DNA from: a virus
Length of the DNA stretch: 36,089 nucleotides
IMG/VR virus record: IMGVR_UViG_3300045988_025132
Span: 1 to 36,089 of that record
Reading direction: 5' to 3' (one strand)
Made by a program: the position numbers and the translations under genes. The notes under the pieces are model-generated. The model was not told the DNA's origin and made no database searches. It was given only the letters and a program-made list of their open reading frames with translations. Each line of letters opens with the position of its first letter. Position 1 is the first letter of the stretch. Shown one piece after another: positions 1 to 8,689 of this stretch.

Positions 1-119
1 ATGCATACGCAATACATTGCGGTTGCTTGTAGTTACTGTGAATGGTTTTTTACTGATTTCTGGGATTTTAATAGTTCTGATTTCCATTATGGTCTTACTC
101 CTTTTAAAAAAAAAAAAAT
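1..119. repeat. Terminal overlap identical to 35971-36089 (circular-assembly redundancy)
   Basis: Direct comparison: the first 119 nt (ATGCATACGCAATACATTGCGG...CTTTTAAAAAAAAAAAAAT) reappear exactly at the window end. The repeat begins inside the 117-aa tail chaperone ORF, so it is not a packaging end. Confidence 0.95.
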
Positions 120-147
120 AGAGGCCAGGCCATAAGCCTGACCTCTT
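106..147 (-). terminator. Rho-independent terminator/attenuator downstream of the major tail protein gene
   Basis: Minus strand reads AGAGGTCAGGC-TTATG-GCCTGGCCTCT (one mismatch) followed by AT13. It lies between the major tail protein stop (164) and the chaperone gene across the circular junction. Confidence 0.7.
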
Positions 148-163
148 TGCGAATTATGATGTG

Positions 164-772
164 TTAAACTGCTGTAGAAGTTAGTGTATATCCACCAAAA
201 ACTTCTTTGTGCATATTAGCTTTATCAAAGCCAGATGCACCTGAAAAGTATTTCTTGATTGGCTCACCGCCAAAAGCAATCGCTGACAATGCGTTATATG
301 TCAAGTGGTCGTCTTGACGGGTTTGAGCGGTGTCTGTATCTGTACCTACGTTCTGTGCTGACTCTTGGAAAATACCATTAGCAAACCCAAAATAAACTGA
401 GTTTTTACGGTCAAGCGTTTGTGACTCAATCAATACTGCAACGTGTGGTTTTTCACCTTGGTACACATATCCACCTTTTTTATCCGATTTGAATCCAAGG
501 ATTTTTTGTTTGATATCAAAATCAAGGTTGTTAAAATCAAAAGCCACGGTTGGTGAACCGGGTCCAACCATAACATCTTGCACTTCGTTGTTTCCTGGTA
601 CTTTAGTCGCTTGACCTTCCAAGTTTGAGATGTTAGCGGTACGAGTACCAAGCATTTTAGAATCGATTTCGATTACACCGTCAGTTGAAAGGCCTTCTAC
701 ACCTTTAATAAGTTGTTGAGTTTTTGGGTCAACCAAAGCAAGTTTCACCAATTTCAAACCTACAATTGCCAT
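164..772 (-). CDS. Major tail protein (phi13/Sfi21-like family)
   Basis: 202-aa ORF with RBS AAAAAGGAGAAAATATAT-ATG. It sits after the connector genes and before the chaperones and tape measure. The N-terminus MAIVGLKLVKLALVD is typical of streptococcal siphophage major tail proteins. Confidence 0.8.
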   Translation of the reverse strand: MAIVGLKLVKLALVDPKTQQLIKGVEGLSTDGVIEIDSKMLGTRTANISNLEGQATKVPGNNEVQDVMVGPGSPTVAFDFNNLDFDIKQKILGFKSDKKGGYVYQGEKPHVAVLIESQTLDRKNSVYFGFANGIFQESAQNVGTDTDTAQTRQDDHLTYNALSAIAFGGEPIKKYFSGASGFDKANMHKEVFGGYTLTSTAV

Positions 773-793
773 ATATATTTTCTCCTTTTTTTG

Positions 794-1165
794 TTAAATA
801 AATCTATCGAAAGCAACATAAAAGACCGCTGTTAACTGTAAAGTATCAGGGTCTATGCTATGTTCTCTTATATCTGTTATTGAGTAGTGCTCAGATTTTA
901 GGAATTTTATCAATTCCATCTCAAAAGCTTCAATATCAAAATCAATATCGAGTTTATAAAAAATCTGTACTTCTACTCTATCTATTTTTCTGAAAAAGGT
1001 GTTATTCCCACTCAAATCAAGTGAGGGATTGCTTTCTGTGAGCAACACGATTGTCTTATCGGTGTTATCTTCGAGTTCTTTAGGTAAGTTGTTTGCATAT
1101 ACTTCGCTTATTTCACCAAATCCTTTACCCTCAATTAACTCTTTTAGTTTTACGGTTGCTAACAC
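794..1165 (-). CDS. Tail terminator / tail-completion protein (assigned by position)
   Basis: 123-aa ORF with a GTG start preceded by GGGAGGGGAG. It lies immediately upstream of the major tail protein gene, as in SPP1/HK97-like neck modules. Confidence 0.5.
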   Translation of the reverse strand: MLATVKLKELIEGKGFGEISEVYANNLPKELEDNTDKTIVLLTESNPSLDLSGNNTFFRKIDRVEVQIFYKLDIDFDIEAFEMELIKFLKSEHYSITDIREHSIDPDTLQLTAVFYVAFDRFI

Positions 1166-1169
1166 TTAA

Positions 1170-1592
1170 TCACTCCCCTCCCTTCTTGCGAATGAGTTTT
1201 TCATATTCCTCTTTTTCTGCCAATAGCACCTTAGTTTGGACAGCGCTATCGTTTTGTACATTAGTGACGAAATGATCAGCACGATATTTCTTAGTGCCGT
1301 CATTTAATCGTCTAGCGTTTTGGGCGTGGTACCTATTCACCCACCCCACAGTTGACACGCCATTTTTTCTGCCATCCACATTCGTGGATTGGACAGCTAA
1401 GCCGTCAGCCATGTGCCCATACTTCAAGTCTTTCTTCTTTGAATAGTGTTTCTGACGAGTAACTTCTGCCAACTCTTCTTTAAACACTTTCGCTCCAGCA
1501 GTTGTAATTTTAACTTGTTCTGCTGGCGTTAAATCACCAATACTGGCTACCGTTTTAAGCCAACCCTCTAACGCTTCATCAAGACCTGTCAT
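1170..1592 (-). CDS. HK97 gp10-family head-tail joining (neck) protein
   Basis: 140-aa ORF in the conserved neck-gene series. Size and composition match the gp10 family. Confidence 0.55.
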   Translation of the reverse strand: MTGLDEALEGWLKTVASIGDLTPAEQVKITTAGAKVFKEELAEVTRQKHYSKKKDLKYGHMADGLAVQSTNVDGRKNGVSTVGWVNRYHAQNARRLNDGTKKYRADHFVTNVQNDSAVQTKVLLAEKEEYEKLIRKKGGE

Positions 1593-1598
1593 AAGCCA

Positions 1599-1949
1599 TC
1601 ACCCAACTTTCTTACGCTTTTTCAAAGTAAGAAAGTCGTAGTGGTTAAAACCAAAGTTTTCGTCTGGACTGATACGCACGATGTCATATTGAGTTCCGTT
1701 TAAAGTGACAACTTGACCTTCTAATACTTTTGCATTGTGGCGGATGACGATAACTCTTGTATCACTTTCGCCATTTTGTTGAGCCAAATACTCTTGATTG
1801 AGCGTTCTAGTGTGTGGCTTGTAATGAAGCGTAAATTGTTTCACGAACTTTGGCACACTCACACCCGTAAACTTGTTGGGTGTACTTTGATAAGCGCCAA
1901 AATCAGCTTTATAGCGAAAATCTGAGGGTAAATATCTAACTCTAGCCAT
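1599..1949 (-). CDS. Head closure / head-tail adaptor protein (SPP1 gp16-like)
   Basis: 116-aa ORF, second gene after the capsid gene, overlapping the upstream gene by 8 nt. Confidence 0.55.
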   Translation of the reverse strand: MARVRYLPSDFRYKADFGAYQSTPNKFTGVSVPKFVKQFTLHYKPHTRTLNQEYLAQQNGESDTRVIVIRHNAKVLEGQVVTLNGTQYDIVRISPDENFGFNHYDFLTLKKRKKVG

Positions 1950-2259
1950 TAGCCACTACCTCGCTATACGTTGCATATAAGCCCCTTAACTGCCCGATTA
2001 TGCTATTTAAAGTTAGGTTAATCGGATAAGTCACCGTGTCTGTTAGAGCAACTCTATAAGTGAAATATGAGCTTGTGAGGGCTATTACCGCTGTGTCAAA
2101 CAGAGGTTGTACATTTTCAAGGTCGTAGAATTTTGGATCACTGCCGACTGCATTGATGATGTACTGTTGAGCAGATTCAATGTAAGCTGGAATGAGTGCC
2201 GTGTCGTCTGTCTCATCCAGATTGAGGGTCTGCATGATAGTTTCCTTAGATACACTCAT
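1942..2259 (-). CDS. gp6-like head-tail connector protein
   Basis: 105-aa ORF directly downstream of the major capsid gene, the typical position and size for a gp6-like connector. Confidence 0.6.
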   Translation of the reverse strand: MSVSKETIMQTLNLDETDDTALIPAYIESAQQYIINAVGSDPKFYDLENVQPLFDTAVIALTSSYFTYRVALTDTVTYPINLTLNSIIGQLRGLYATYSEVVANG

Positions 2260-2273
2260 AGCTTACCTCCTAA

Positions 2274-3464
2274 TTAGACTGCTGTTGAACCAATGTTACC
2301 TTTTTGGTCAGCAATAGCTTTAAATGATGCTGGCACAAATGCTTCTGTATCAGTTGCTACTACATCGAAACGGTCAATAACACGTACTTTAGTAGTGTCA
2401 GTTTCAAATGCTCCACCACCAATGTTTGTTGAAAGAAGTGACAAGTGTTGACGGTCAAACAATGTTACTGCTTGTTTCAAGTCACCAAAATAAAGCGGCA
2501 TAACTCCTGATGAGGTAGGAAGCCAGCGATCAGAAATTTCTTTAACTGCGAAACCATCGATTGAGTACCCTGTTGGAGATTTTACATCACGTTCCATGAG
2601 GTAGTCACCCAAAGCGTTTTTAACTTTTTTAAGTGCAGTAAACCCTGAAGTGTTAGTTAAGAAGAATGAAGTTTGTTTGATTGCTGGGTCAACTTTAGCT
2701 TCAAGGTCAATAATATCGTCCCATTTAGTCAATGTTGGTTTAGTTGGGAGTTTGTCAACAACACCCAAGATTGCCTTGTTACGAGTAACCACAACTTTTT
2801 TAGCAATCCAACCAGACAACCAAGCAAGAATATTTTCAGCTGAATCAGCAAGCAAGCTGTTAGTAACTGTTGAAATACCAGCATAGCGCTTGATTGCGTA
2901 TTTGATAAGAGAAAGTTTTGGATCATCAATATCGGCAATTTTACCTGCTTCATCATCAATATTAGCAAGGCCTGTAATATCAGTCCATTTTTCATAAACA
3001 CGTGAACCAGTAAGCGTAGTTACGTTTTCAACGTTAACATATTCTTGTAACGAGTCGTATTGACGAACTAATGTATTGATAGCTGTACGGATATCTTGAG
3101 GGATAGTCAAACCTGCATCAGAACCAGAATGGTCTGTTTTAGAATCAAGCAAGTCTTGGTAACGACCACGTACAAGGTTTTTGAAGTCTTTGACAAAGTT
3201 AGCTTTTACTTCTTCTTCACTTTTAGTCAATGGTTTTTTCTCTTCTTCAGACATATTAACCACTTCATTAGCACGAGCTTCTGTGTATTGTTCTTTAAAC
3301 ATATCACGTTTCATTTTGGCAGTGTCACGCTCGTTTTTGATAGCTTGCAATTCTTCAGCAGTAACTGAATCGTCAAGCATAGCTACGTTAAGTTTTTCGT
3401 TCAAGTTTTCGACCTTGTCGCCTTGAGCGATCCAAAGGTCATGCAATTCGTTTGATGTTTTCAT
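2274..3464 (-). CDS. Major capsid protein, HK97 family
   Basis: 396-aa ORF following a ClpP-like prohead protease. It has an N-terminal coiled-coil delta-like region and then a capsid-like domain. Confidence 0.85.
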   Translation of the reverse strand: MKTSNELHDLWIAQGDKVENLNEKLNVAMLDDSVTAEELQAIKNERDTAKMKRDMFKEQYTEARANEVVNMSEEEKKPLTKSEEEVKANFVKDFKNLVRGRYQDLLDSKTDHSGSDAGLTIPQDIRTAINTLVRQYDSLQEYVNVENVTTLTGSRVYEKWTDITGLANIDDEAGKIADIDDPKLSLIKYAIKRYAGISTVTNSLLADSAENILAWLSGWIAKKVVVTRNKAILGVVDKLPTKPTLTKWDDIIDLEAKVDPAIKQTSFFLTNTSGFTALKKVKNALGDYLMERDVKSPTGYSIDGFAVKEISDRWLPTSSGVMPLYFGDLKQAVTLFDRQHLSLLSTNIGGGAFETDTTKVRVIDRFDVVATDTEAFVPASFKAIADQKGNIGSTAV

Positions 3465-3479
3465 TAATTATTTTTCCTT

Positions 3480-4148
3480 TCATTTTTCAAGTAAAATCGC
3501 CAATTTCTGCTCTCGCAAAGAATTGGTTTTAGGTTTAGCAATCATATTTTTAAACTTATTGATTGCTGATTTGCTTGGCATCTGATGTACAGCGTTAGTA
3601 ACCATGATTTGTTCTTCGTCATCATTGAAGAACATGATTTCATCTGCAAAGCCTTTATCAACAGCAGTTTTGGCATTAAGCCATGTTTCTTTTGCCATAA
3701 GCTCTAATAATTCTGATTGTTTAAGACCAGTTTTCATCTCGTAAGCCAAAGCGATAGACTCATCAATACTATTCAATACTACTGATTGATGTTCCAAGTC
3801 ATCACTATTACCGAACGAGCCACTAGAAGCCTTATGTATCATGATATGCGCCGTTGGACTAATGCGCACGGTATCGCCTGCCATAGAAATAACGCTAGCG
3901 GCACTAGCTGCAAGCCCTTGCACGTTGACGACAATACGCTTGCCACTATCTCGAAGCATAGTATAGATTTCACTAGCTGCGAACACATCACCGCCGTTCG
4001 AAGCAATATTAAGCGTAATTTCTTCGTCTTCATCGTTAGCAATGGCATCTTGTACCATCTTAGGATAGGTACTGGTCATGCCGTAGAAATCATAGAATTC
4101 CCTATCGTCATTGCTAACAATATAGCCTTTAATGTCAATCTTGCCCAT
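3480..4148 (-). CDS. ClpP-like prohead (head maturation) serine protease
   Basis: 222 aa with ClpP/S49-like motifs (NGGDVFAASEIY, GLAASAASVI, IMIHKAS), located between the portal and capsid genes. Confidence 0.85.
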   Translation of the reverse strand: MGKIDIKGYIVSNDDREFYDFYGMTSTYPKMVQDAIANDEDEEITLNIASNGGDVFAASEIYTMLRDSGKRIVVNVQGLAASAASVISMAGDTVRISPTAHIMIHKASSGSFGNSDDLEHQSVVLNSIDESIALAYEMKTGLKQSELLELMAKETWLNAKTAVDKGFADEIMFFNDDEEQIMVTNAVHQMPSKSAINKFKNMIAKPKTNSLREQKLAILLEK

Positions 4149-5295
4149 TTATCTCACCTCCTTTCAATGTGGTATGGTTAGGATTTTCACCTTTTGGCAA
4201 CTCTTTAGGTAAAATTTCAGCTTGTTGCAAAATATACAAGCCTTGATTCTGTGCGAGTGTGCCACTTTTAACCATGCTATTAATCCTACTGACACTATTA
4301 GAGCCAGTAGGGTCAACCGCTGGCAAAATATCAGCGTCCACATCACACGAAAGTTTTTGAGATAATTCACTAATAAACGGTCTTAGATAGCGTGAGACTG
4401 CTTTGTTATAGAGATCTAAACTCATTTCCAGCGATGATTGTTGGTCTCCTTGACCTCCAACTACATTCTCTGGGATACCGTAGACCTTAGCAAACTGTCC
4501 AGTTGTCCAGTCCGCTTGCTTAAGCAGTTGAGACACGTTCGACTTAATTTCAAGCGGTGTGAAGTCCTCTAAATCATCCAGCACTAACGGACCGCCTTGC
4601 ATTTGCTTCATCGCTTGCCGTGAGCGTGAGAGTTTTGTTTTGAAATCAAGCAAGCCACCACCCTTAATTTTTAAGATGCCGTTGGCGTTTAAGGCGTTCT
4701 TAAGAGAGTTAAGCGTCAGCTTATCGCTGGCTTTCTGTATATTCAACTCCCTACTAAGAGCCATCAACGGGCTTACACTTGTCAAACCACCATCCACAGA
4801 TAGCAATTTAAAGTGTAAGACGTCACCTTGTGGGACGTGCTGTTTTGGTGGAATGCGTGGGTCGTCAAAAGTGATGTTGTAGTAAATTCCATCTTTATTA
4901 TCTAACCGATTAAATGAGACTTGAGACGGTCTCAAATATTCCCACTTCATATCACGCCCGTTTTCATTTCGCCATCGATACGCAAAAGCTTCACCACCCA
5001 ATAGCATTTGAGCAAAGATAGACTGATAGAAATTAAAGCGGTTGGCATTATTCGATGGATTATCAACGATGCCCTGTAACTGTTTTCGGCTAGTTGTCAG
5101 TTTAACTGTTGCAAGGTCGTTAGATAATTGATTGATGATAGAGAATAAGTCTGAGTTTCTGAGAGCAGTTTCAGCTGATACCCACTCACTACCCTGAATA
5201 GTAGCTAAAAACTCTGGATCAGTAATATCAAAAAAGACACCTTGATTACTAGGTGGACTCTCTGTTGCGAGATTCGTTATATTAAATATTGGCAA
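4135..5295 (-). CDS. Portal protein, HK97 family
   Basis: 386-aa ORF with a TTG start preceded by AAAGGAGGTGA, in the terL-portal-protease-capsid order. Confidence 0.85.
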   Translation of the reverse strand: MPIFNITNLATESPPSNQGVFFDITDPEFLATIQGSEWVSAETALRNSDLFSIINQLSNDLATVKLTTSRKQLQGIVDNPSNNANRFNFYQSIFAQMLLGGEAFAYRWRNENGRDMKWEYLRPSQVSFNRLDNKDGIYYNITFDDPRIPPKQHVPQGDVLHFKLLSVDGGLTSVSPLMALSRELNIQKASDKLTLNSLKNALNANGILKIKGGGLLDFKTKLSRSRQAMKQMQGGPLVLDDLEDFTPLEIKSNVSQLLKQADWTTGQFAKVYGIPENVVGGQGDQQSSLEMSLDLYNKAVSRYLRPFISELSQKLSCDVDADILPAVDPTGSNSVSRINSMVKSGTLAQNQGLYILQQAEILPKELPKGENPNHTTLKGGEINGQD

Positions 5296-5312
5296 TTGTT
5301 ATCACCTCCTTT

Positions 5313-5492
5313 CTAGCCATTTTTTGAGGCTAGTTCACTCACTAGCCCTGCTAATACAAATGTGATAGTCATGCTAATACCAAACCATACATAGCCAAGG
5401 TGGTAAGTGGTTATATTGAGTGAAATTGCAGCTAAAATGAACATTAAAATGTCGAAAATAGCCCAAATTGCCTTAAAAAACTTCAAAATCAT
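5313..5492 (-). CDS. Small hydrophobic protein (59 aa) between terL and portal
   Basis: My translation: MILKFFKAIWAIFDILMFILAAISLNITTYHLGYVWFGISMTITFVLAGLVSELASKNG. RBS AGAGGAG lies 9 nt upstream of the ATG. Two predicted TM helices. It is below the ORF-track size cutoff. Confidence 0.6.
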   Translation of the reverse strand: MILKFFKAIWAIFDILMFILAAISLNITTYHLGYVWFGISMTITFVLAGLVSELASKNG

Positions 5493-5495
5493 ATA

Positions 5496-6683
5496 TTAAT
5501 ACTCCTCTAATAGCCCACTTTCTGGGTTTTTTAGCCATGCTAAAACTGCCTCTTGGCTCATATGTTCGACTTTCCATGTTGGATTGTTTGTGATTGCATA
5601 GTCTTCAAATGCGTACATGGCATCGTAAAAAGCATCGATAAGAGCATCCACAACGTCAATCTTGTAAGTGGATTTCATTTTGTCTACTTGGATACCGATG
5701 TTGTCCTCTTTAATAACTGCATTTATCAAGGCTTTACGCATAATCTCATCATCCAAGCGAGTGATGTTGCCTTCGATAAATAGCGTTTGAAGGAATTTTG
5801 TAGGGTCTTTTAGCTCGCTTGTACGTTGTCTTATTGGCATCAGTGGGAAACTTGTATTAGATTCAAGACTTTTTATTATTTTATCAATCATCATAGCGTC
5901 ATAGCCGAAGAAAACGACATCAAGCGCGTTGTCTTCAACATAATCAATAAACCAGCGATACACTTCCTCTGGGTTTATAAGCCCTTGTGGGTGGCTTGTT
6001 ATAGTACAGTAGCCCTTGGCTTCCAAGTCTCGATAGTTAACACCGTCTTGTTCCATCTTTGCTTCTAACGAGCCCGCTTGTTGCCATGGGATAAAACTGT
6101 GCTGTTCGATATGCCATTTTTGACTTCCATCTTCACCAACGTATGGATAGACGAAGCCAATGGCTGTATTATCGCTGAACATTGATGCATCCAATCCTAC
6201 ATAAACTCGCTTACCACGTATGTCAAACTCAGGAATAACTGCATTTTCGATATCTTTCAAATCAAGAAAGCTGTTACTGTCAGCAAGTAGCCAGCAGTTC
6301 ATGTTTTTAACTTGGAAGTCTGCGAGGTTACCACTTAGCAGGTCGCTATCTCGCTTGTCCATTAACCCTTTCATAAGGTTCTCACGTTCGCTCTCCAAGT
6401 CTAGCAGTGGATTGCTCTTTGCCCATGTTTCTGGTTGGAAGACCTCGTCTAAGTTATCTTGCGACCAAACTAAGCAAAGATACGTATCGGCGTCACGATT
6501 ATCGTCATCTTCCATGGCTTGCTGCAAAATCTTTTGGTCTTCCCTGAAAGGAACTGATGGGTTTGGGTAGGCAGTGGAGATTTGAATGAATTGCCTATTG
6601 GGCACCTTTACTTGCCCAGAAACAATCTTAGAAACCGCATCTCTTGTTTCAATTTCTCCAATTTCATCAAAAATAGCCGTTGT
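5496..6683 (-). CDS. terL: Terminase large subunit, C-terminal fragment (Walker B plus nuclease domain)
   Basis: The frame is open from 6683 (TTAIFDEIGEIETRDAVSKIVSGQVKVPNRQF...), but the first usable start is GTG at 6605, downstream of the Walker B-like AIFDE. See the terL finding. Confidence 0.75.
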   Translation of the reverse strand, partial: TTAIFDEIGEIETRDAVSKIVSGQVKVPNRQFIQISTAYPNPSVPFREDQKILQQAMEDDDNRDADTYLCLVWSQDNLDEVFQPETWAKSNPLLDLESERENLMKGLMDKRDSDLLSGNLADFQVKNMNCWLLADSNSFLDLKDIENAVIPEFDIRGKRVYVGLDASMFSDNTAIGFVYPYVGEDGSQKWHIEQHSFIPWQQAGSLEAKMEQDGVNYRDLEAKGYCTITSHPQGLINPEEVYRWFIDYVEDNALDVVFFGYDAMMIDKIIKSLESNTSFPLMPIRQRTSELKDPTKFLQTLFIEGNITRLDDEIMRKALINAVIKEDNIGIQVDKMKSTYKIDVVDALIDAFYDAMYAFEDYAITNNPTWKVEHMSQEAVLAWLKNPESGLLEEY

Positions 6684-6687
6684 TCAT

Positions 6688-7377
6688 TCAAGTAAAATGA
6701 AAACTATCATATTGCCCACTCTCAGCAGATATAGCTCTCAAAACGTTGTTGTTTGCTTTCATAATAACTTGGTCACTATGCAAGCCCAATTCAGTTTCAT
6801 TTGCCAAACTCTTGAAAGGTTCGTTTTGGATTATTTGCTTCATCATTGATTTGATGTAACCAAGCAACTTGTTTGTTTGTTTGAAGTTGATTGATGTAAC
6901 CAAATAGTCCTGATTGGAAAGTCCGAGGCTTTCAATAAAATACGAATACGCCGTAAGAATAGCCATCAAGTATGTCTTACCTTGACCTCGACCGACTGAA
7001 ACAATCGCACGGCTGAAACGTTTACCACCGTTTGCATTTCTCCATCCGAAAAGCATACATAAGATGAACTTTTGCCATGCCATCAGCTTTGTTGGCTCAC
7101 CAGTGTCTACGTTTGGACAAATTCTAGCGAAGCGCAGTAGCTTAGCTGCTTCGTCCGTGTCATAAGAATACGGAAAGTCGTCGTTACCTTGTCTTTGTAG
7201 GTCTCGCAAGTGGCGGAAACAAGCCAGTTTAATCATATAGCCAGTTGTGATTCGCCCTTCCAAAGCATCAAAACAATATTTTGTTCCATCGTCTTGATAT
7301 TTTTTTGCAATATCGGTGAAATCAAATTCTTTATACGCCGAATCTATATCATGAGTTTTTGTTAGATTTGTTTTCAT
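6688..7377 (-). CDS. terL: Terminase large subunit, N-terminal fragment (Walker A ATPase part), ends at a premature TGA
   Basis: 229 aa with Walker A VGRGQGKTY. It ends ...SGQYDSFHFT-TGA immediately before the expected Walker B. RBS AAGGGGGTGA precedes the ATG. Confidence 0.8.
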   Translation of the reverse strand: MKTNLTKTHDIDSAYKEFDFTDIAKKYQDDGTKYCFDALEGRITTGYMIKLACFRHLRDLQRQGNDDFPYSYDTDEAAKLLRFARICPNVDTGEPTKLMAWQKFILCMLFGWRNANGGKRFSRAIVSVGRGQGKTYLMAILTAYSYFIESLGLSNQDYLVTSINFKQTNKLLGYIKSMMKQIIQNEPFKSLANETELGLHSDQVIMKANNNVLRAISAESGQYDSFHFT

Positions 7378-7417
7378 TTACTATTAATCACCCCCTTTCA
7401 ATATAATAGACATCTTT

Positions 7418-7879
7418 TTATTTCCCTAAAAATTCCTTTAGCATTTCTGCTGTTGAAGCCTTGTTCGTTTCCTCGCCTGCAATTTCCATCAACTCTTGAC
7501 GTCCTTTTGGTGTCAAACCAAGCTGAATACCGATTTTATTTAAAGTGTCTACAGCGTCCTTCATAGTAGCAACCGCTGGATTCTTTTTAAAACCAAGCGA
7601 CTGCTCACCGAGAATTTCACCAGACCCTTGCGCTTGAATCAGCTTCTTCATTTCTTGTTGAATGCCATTTTGTTTAATATCCTCATAAGCGAGTTTGTAA
7701 ATTTCATAATTCGTGCAGTAAGTTTCAACCAAAAACGTATCAATGCGTTGAACCTTATTTGTGCTTTCTAAAAACGGAACGATTTTGCGCCAAACCTCCC
7801 TTGACACTGCCCCTAAGTGGTTTGGCGGGTCGCTGGGTAAACGCCCGTTATTCTGTTGATAGTACGGATTCTTAACCAC
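7418..7879 (-). CDS. terS: Terminase small subunit, P27 family
   Basis: 153 aa with a GTG start after GAGGAG. The P27-type pattern (NPYYQ...PP.HL...REVWRKIVP) is present, and the gene lies upstream of terL and downstream of an HNH gene. Confidence 0.8.
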   Translation of the reverse strand: MVKNPYYQQNNGRLPSDPPNHLGAVSREVWRKIVPFLESTNKVQRIDTFLVETYCTNYEIYKLAYEDIKQNGIQQEMKKLIQAQGSGEILGEQSLGFKKNPAVATMKDAVDTLNKIGIQLGLTPKGRQELMEIAGEETNKASTAEMLKEFLGK

Positions 7880-8060
7880 TCATCGTTTCTCCTCTCTAGT
7901 TGAATCATGACACCTTTTAAAAATCCTCAAAAGTTGCGCGTGACGTAAGAAAACACCTTGTGGTGGCTCTCCTAGGCTCGATATAGGGGGCGGGGGTCAA
8001 TTTTAGACATCACATAGGGTAATTATACCACCCCTTATTTAAAATCGCGCTACGGGCGTT
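7880..8060 (-). other. Non-coding region between the HNH and terS genes; candidate cos site region
   Basis: 181 bp without an ORF. It contains G5CG5 (7986-7996) and a CCTAGG palindrome. This is the usual cos position in HNH/P27/HK97-type packaging modules. The cleavage site itself cannot be read from the sequence. Confidence 0.5.
8022..8030 (-). promoter_or_regulatory. Extended -10 promoter element TGgTATAAT preceded by GGGG (candidate late promoter)
   Basis: Minus strand reads ATAAGGGGTGGTATAATTACCC, upstream of the cos region and terS. There is no good -35, which fits activator dependence. Confidence 0.45.
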
Positions 8061-8585
8061 TTAGAGGGGTTTAACGACGTCCGCCTTTTTACGGGCTATT
8101 AAACCCGCCCACGCTGTCACGGAAAGTCGTAGGTCAGTGTTTTGCTTGGTTCTATTTTGACCAGTACCATAGATTTCTTGTTCTAGAGTCCTCTTCGTGT
8201 TGTCACAACTTCTACAAGTCGCCACGATGTTAGATACGTCAGTTTTAAGTTCAGGTGCAATCTCAACTGGTGTTACGTGGTCGCCTATCCTAGCGTCTGG
8301 TGTGACCACACCCAAAGCCAAGCAGTACTGACATAAATAGTTGTCACGTTCCAAAGCTATCTTACGAATGGATGACCACGTCCTTGACCGATAGAATGCA
8401 TAACGTTCCTTACTCTCATCATCTCGGTTTCTTACTCGTGTGTTGTATCTCGTGCGTGAGTATCTCTGTCTCTCTTGTGTGTATGCTGCTTCCATGTCTT
8501 TATGTGCAGTACAGTAGTGTGCTGGTCTCTCTGTTAAGGAACGGCATCCATCTGCCTTACATCGTCTGACCATTGGCATTGGCAT
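8061..8585 (-). CDS. HNH endonuclease (packaging-associated)
   Basis: 174 aa with Cys-rich motifs (CKADGC, CTAHK, CQYC...DHVTPVE...CRSCDNTK), located immediately upstream of cos/terS. Confidence 0.85.
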   Translation of the reverse strand: MPMPMVRRCKADGCRSLTERPAHYCTAHKDMEAAYTQERQRYSRTRYNTRVRNRDDESKERYAFYRSRTWSSIRKIALERDNYLCQYCLALGVVTPDARIGDHVTPVEIAPELKTDVSNIVATCRSCDNTKRTLEQEIYGTGQNRTKQNTDLRLSVTAWAGLIARKKADVVKPL

Positions 8586-8600
8586 GCCTCCTTTTAGATA

Positions 8601-8630
8601 AAATAAAAGAAGAACACTTCTGTGTCCTTC
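8601..8630 (-). terminator. Hairpin plus U-tract in the leader of the HNH gene (terminator/attenuator)
   Basis: Minus strand reads GAAGGACAC-AGAA-GTGTTCTTC followed by TTTTATTTT, located between the activator-like gene and the HNH start. Confidence 0.5.
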
Positions 8631-8689
8631 TGATTCGATAATACTATATTACCACGCCTAAAGTATTATGCCGTATTAATTGCTATAGG

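Noticed and set aside
106-118. A13 homopolymer as a slippage or phase-variation site
   Set aside because: It is intergenic and forms the U-tract of the terminator that follows the major tail protein gene. It is also a likely place for sequencing length errors.
1-119. Possible direct terminal repeat (DTR) of a linear phage genome
   Set aside because: The repeat starts in the middle of the tail chaperone ORF, and the packaging module is cos-type. An exact overlap of this size is better explained as a circular-contig assembly artefact.
6606-6687. Intron or intein splitting terL
   Set aside because: The two reading frames are separated by only 7-10 nt, with no room for an intron. The missing residues are encoded in the +1 frame immediately after the stop.
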